NCBI GenBank assembly: GCA_963663965.2
Contig: CAXXFK010000033.1
Coordinates: forward strand, 192,001 to 256,000
Source: Sedimentisphaerales bacterium
GTDB lineage: Bacteria > Planctomycetota > Phycisphaerae > Sedimentisphaerales > SM23-30
Direction of reading: 5' to 3'
DNA length: 64,000 nucleotides
This document shows positions 61,920-64,000 of the stretch, one piece after another. Every line of letters begins with the position of its first letter. Position 1 is the first letter of the stretch. The notes under the pieces are model-generated. The model was not told the origin of the DNA and did not search any database. It saw nothing but the letters and a program-made list of their open reading frames with translations. The translations under genes were made by a program, and so were the position numbers.

Positions 61920-62173
61920 TATATCATCCTTTTCAGAATTCGATCATCAAGATATCTGTCAGTATATATAATCATCGACATAATACGAGTATTAAATAGA
62001 GGCTATTGTAATAAAAAAAGTATATTGTTACCTAAATTAATAAGAGTTTAATGTTATCCGGGCCTTTAAAACTGTTTATTTTCCGCTAACTTTTCATTTC
62101 TGATCCAGGCAATAAATAAAATACGATTCATTTTATATTAATACGTTAATCCAGTGAATCTGGTCAACAGAAT

Positions 62174-62202
62174 TTGCCTTTTGTGGAAATATATGTTAGA
62201 AT
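62174..62202 (+). promoter_or_regulatory. sigma70 promoter with extended -10
   Basis: TTGCCT-17 nt-TAGAAT, with TG upstream of the -10. Confidence 0.6.
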
Positions 62203-62207
62203 ATTCA

Positions 62208-62494
62208 TGGTGAAGTTAAACCGTGTTCAGGATATATCCGGCACGCTAACTTATATAAGTCGGCTGTGAAGCACGTCTTCGCAGCCGGAAAATAAGCGCT
62301 TGAAAGGGCGATGAATATATCAAGACAATTCAAACAGGGCCTCGGGCCCATTTATCGAGGATGCGATCCGTCGCACCCCCTAATTAAAGCAGTTAGCAAA
62401 CTGCTGGCGTTTCTTGCCTGAGCATCAGGTAAAAGAAAGCCAACCCCGAAACGAGCAGGTCATGGTGATCAAACGTCATGCCTGCTACTTTTTT
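62208..62494 (+). ncRNA. candidate multi-hairpin ncRNA (or small-peptide mRNA)
   Basis: Promoter, at least 8 consecutive stem-loops, and a terminator at 62454-62494. Confidence 0.5.
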
Positions 62495-62553
62495 GCGCGT
62501 ACCAAACGACAAGGCACGACTCAGCGTGCCTTATCGTTATGGGGGAGGTATAT

Positions 62554-63993
62554 TTATTTATCGAAGGATAGAATCTTAATGTTGCGATACCAGACCGGCG
62601 CGCCGTGATCCTGGAAGCACAGGTGTCCAATCCGGGGCAGGTCTTTGTAGGCGACATCGAATTTATTGGGGGTGCCATCGGGGTTTTTGTGGGCTTCTGT
62701 CCATTTATTGAGGTCCATATCGATGGTGGTCTGGCCGTTGAGCATCACCAGAACACGATTGTCGATAGCGGTGATGGTCAGGCGATTCCATTCGCCGGCG
62801 GGTTTGTTGGCATTGACTGAGGGCGCCAGGATGTCAAAGATACCGGCGCAACTGTGGATATTAACGGCTTTGCCATAGTCGTTCTGGATCTGGACTTCGA
62901 TCCAGGGCAGCCAGTTTTTGGTATCACCGGTACGCAGGAACACACCGCTATTGGTGTTGTCGGCGACTTTGAAACTGCAATCGAGCACGAAGTTGCCGTA
63001 TTGTTCTTTGGTCCAGATATCGCCATCGCCATTGCGGGTGAGCAGGCCGTCGTTGAAAGACCAACTGCCTTCTTTAAGAATAGCGTTACTGAGGTCATTT
63101 TTGAACAGAGATTTCCAGCCGCCGGGTTTGAGTTTGGCGCTGTAGCTGTCGAAGAACTCAACACATTTGCGGATTTCGGGCATGGAAGTCGTCCAGTTAT
63201 ATTCGTATTCGATCGAGAAGGTGCCGGTGAATTTCTGGCGATTGAGTTCATCGAGGATGCGCGGAACATTGCCCAGGCCCTGGCCCCAGATGGTATCGTG
63301 TTGTTGATCGGTATTGTTATAAAGCTCTTTAAGGTGAATTGTCTTGACGCGTCCCTGGAGTTTTTTGAGGCATTCGACGGGATCGAAACCGGAGCGAACC
63401 CAGTGGCCGGTATCACAACAGGCGCCCAGATATTGGCTGCGGCCTTTGAGTTGGTCCAGGACGATCTGTGGATCCCAGTAGCGAGTGGGTTTGGGATGGT
63501 TATGGATGGCGACGTTGATTTTGTATTCTTTGGCGAGTTTGTCGATGGTGTCGTAGGCTTCAAAGGCCGGTTCGGTGACGATGGTCCGTATCCCCATGTC
63601 TTTGGCGAAGTCGAACACTTTGCGATCCTGTTCTTCGTTGCCGGATAGCCCGGTAACACCAAAATTGACCAGCGAGATGCCGGTTTGCTGAAGTTTCAGT
63701 TTGATTTTCTGACGCGTTTCATCGGACATGGAAGGTTCAAATTTGGCATCTGAGCCTTTTTCGATGGTCTGGCCGGGGTAAGCTTCGATCCAGGACAGGC
63801 CCAGGTCAGCGGTTTTATCAACGGCTTCCATAAAGGTATATTGGTTAAATGACCAGCATTGGATGGCCAGTTTCCAACCGGGAGCCGCATCAGTAGGGGG
63901 ATGGACGGCATTGGGAACACCAGCCGCTGACAGGAAAGCGACGCAAGAGAGCAGGATGACTAATCCTGATAAAAGCCATTTTGAATTCAACAT
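62554..63993 (-). CDS. secreted sugar phosphate isomerase TIM-barrel + DUF1080 (3-keto-disaccharide hydrolase-like) protein
   Basis: Signal peptide; AIHNH, DTGHW, SIEYE; C-terminal NSGVFLR, EVQI, FQDHG..VWYRNIKI. Confidence 0.88.
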   Translation of the reverse strand: MLNSKWLLSGLVILLSCVAFLSAAGVPNAVHPPTDAAPGWKLAIQCWSFNQYTFMEAVDKTADLGLSWIEAYPGQTIEKGSDAKFEPSMSDETRQKIKLKLQQTGISLVNFGVTGLSGNEEQDRKVFDFAKDMGIRTIVTEPAFEAYDTIDKLAKEYKINVAIHNHPKPTRYWDPQIVLDQLKGRSQYLGACCDTGHWVRSGFDPVECLKKLQGRVKTIHLKELYNNTDQQHDTIWGQGLGNVPRILDELNRQKFTGTFSIEYEYNWTTSMPEIRKCVEFFDSYSAKLKPGGWKSLFKNDLSNAILKEGSWSFNDGLLTRNGDGDIWTKEQYGNFVLDCSFKVADNTNSGVFLRTGDTKNWLPWIEVQIQNDYGKAVNIHSCAGIFDILAPSVNANKPAGEWNRLTITAIDNRVLVMLNGQTTIDMDLNKWTEAHKNPDGTPNKFDVAYKDLPRIGHLCFQDHGAPVWYRNIKILSFDK

Positions 63994-64000
63994 GTCAGAT

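Noticed and set aside
62778..63662. Long alternative-frame ORFs (294 aa and 264 aa), and similar ones over alaS and recG
   Set aside because: They overlap well-supported genes, have no recognisable motifs, and are expected from codon bias.

Overview
Bacterial chromosomal window with about 45 protein genes, one tRNA-Lys(TTT) and no CRISPR, rRNA, transposase or integrase. It is most likely from a Planctomycetota (Phycisphaerae/Sedimentisphaerales-like) organism. This is inferred from a planctomycete-type LEQLESRFLLS N-terminal motif, VPAPGA/VPVPGA PEP-CTERM-like sorting signals and a Met/Gly-rich pilM operon. Housekeeping and metabolic genes include alaS, recG, hemB, rfbC, a family-4 UDG, a THUMP methyltransferase, an MsbA-like ABC transporter, glycoside hydrolases and an ECF sigma/anti-sigma pair. 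They surround a variable region between alaS and tRNA-Lys (about 39.6-48.1 kb). Best leads: (1) a two-gene operon pairing a membrane protein with a nine-Cys (GCGS/GCGG)n tail with a radical SAM/SPASM enzyme, a candidate membrane-anchored RiPP-like modification system; (2) a compact ~66-nt minus-strand sRNA gene (near-consensus promoter, strand-specific terminator) whose 5' part is complementary to the RBS and start codon of an uncharacterised gene 5.6 kb away; (3) a promoter- and terminator-bounded ~285-nt multi-hairpin RNA at 62.2-62.5 kb, plus three terminator-ended structured units at 31.6-32.2 kb; (4) an internally deleted hsdM followed by a four-helix-bundle gene bracketed by complementary 9-mer repeats. 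All family assignments come from motif recognition by eye; no database search was run.
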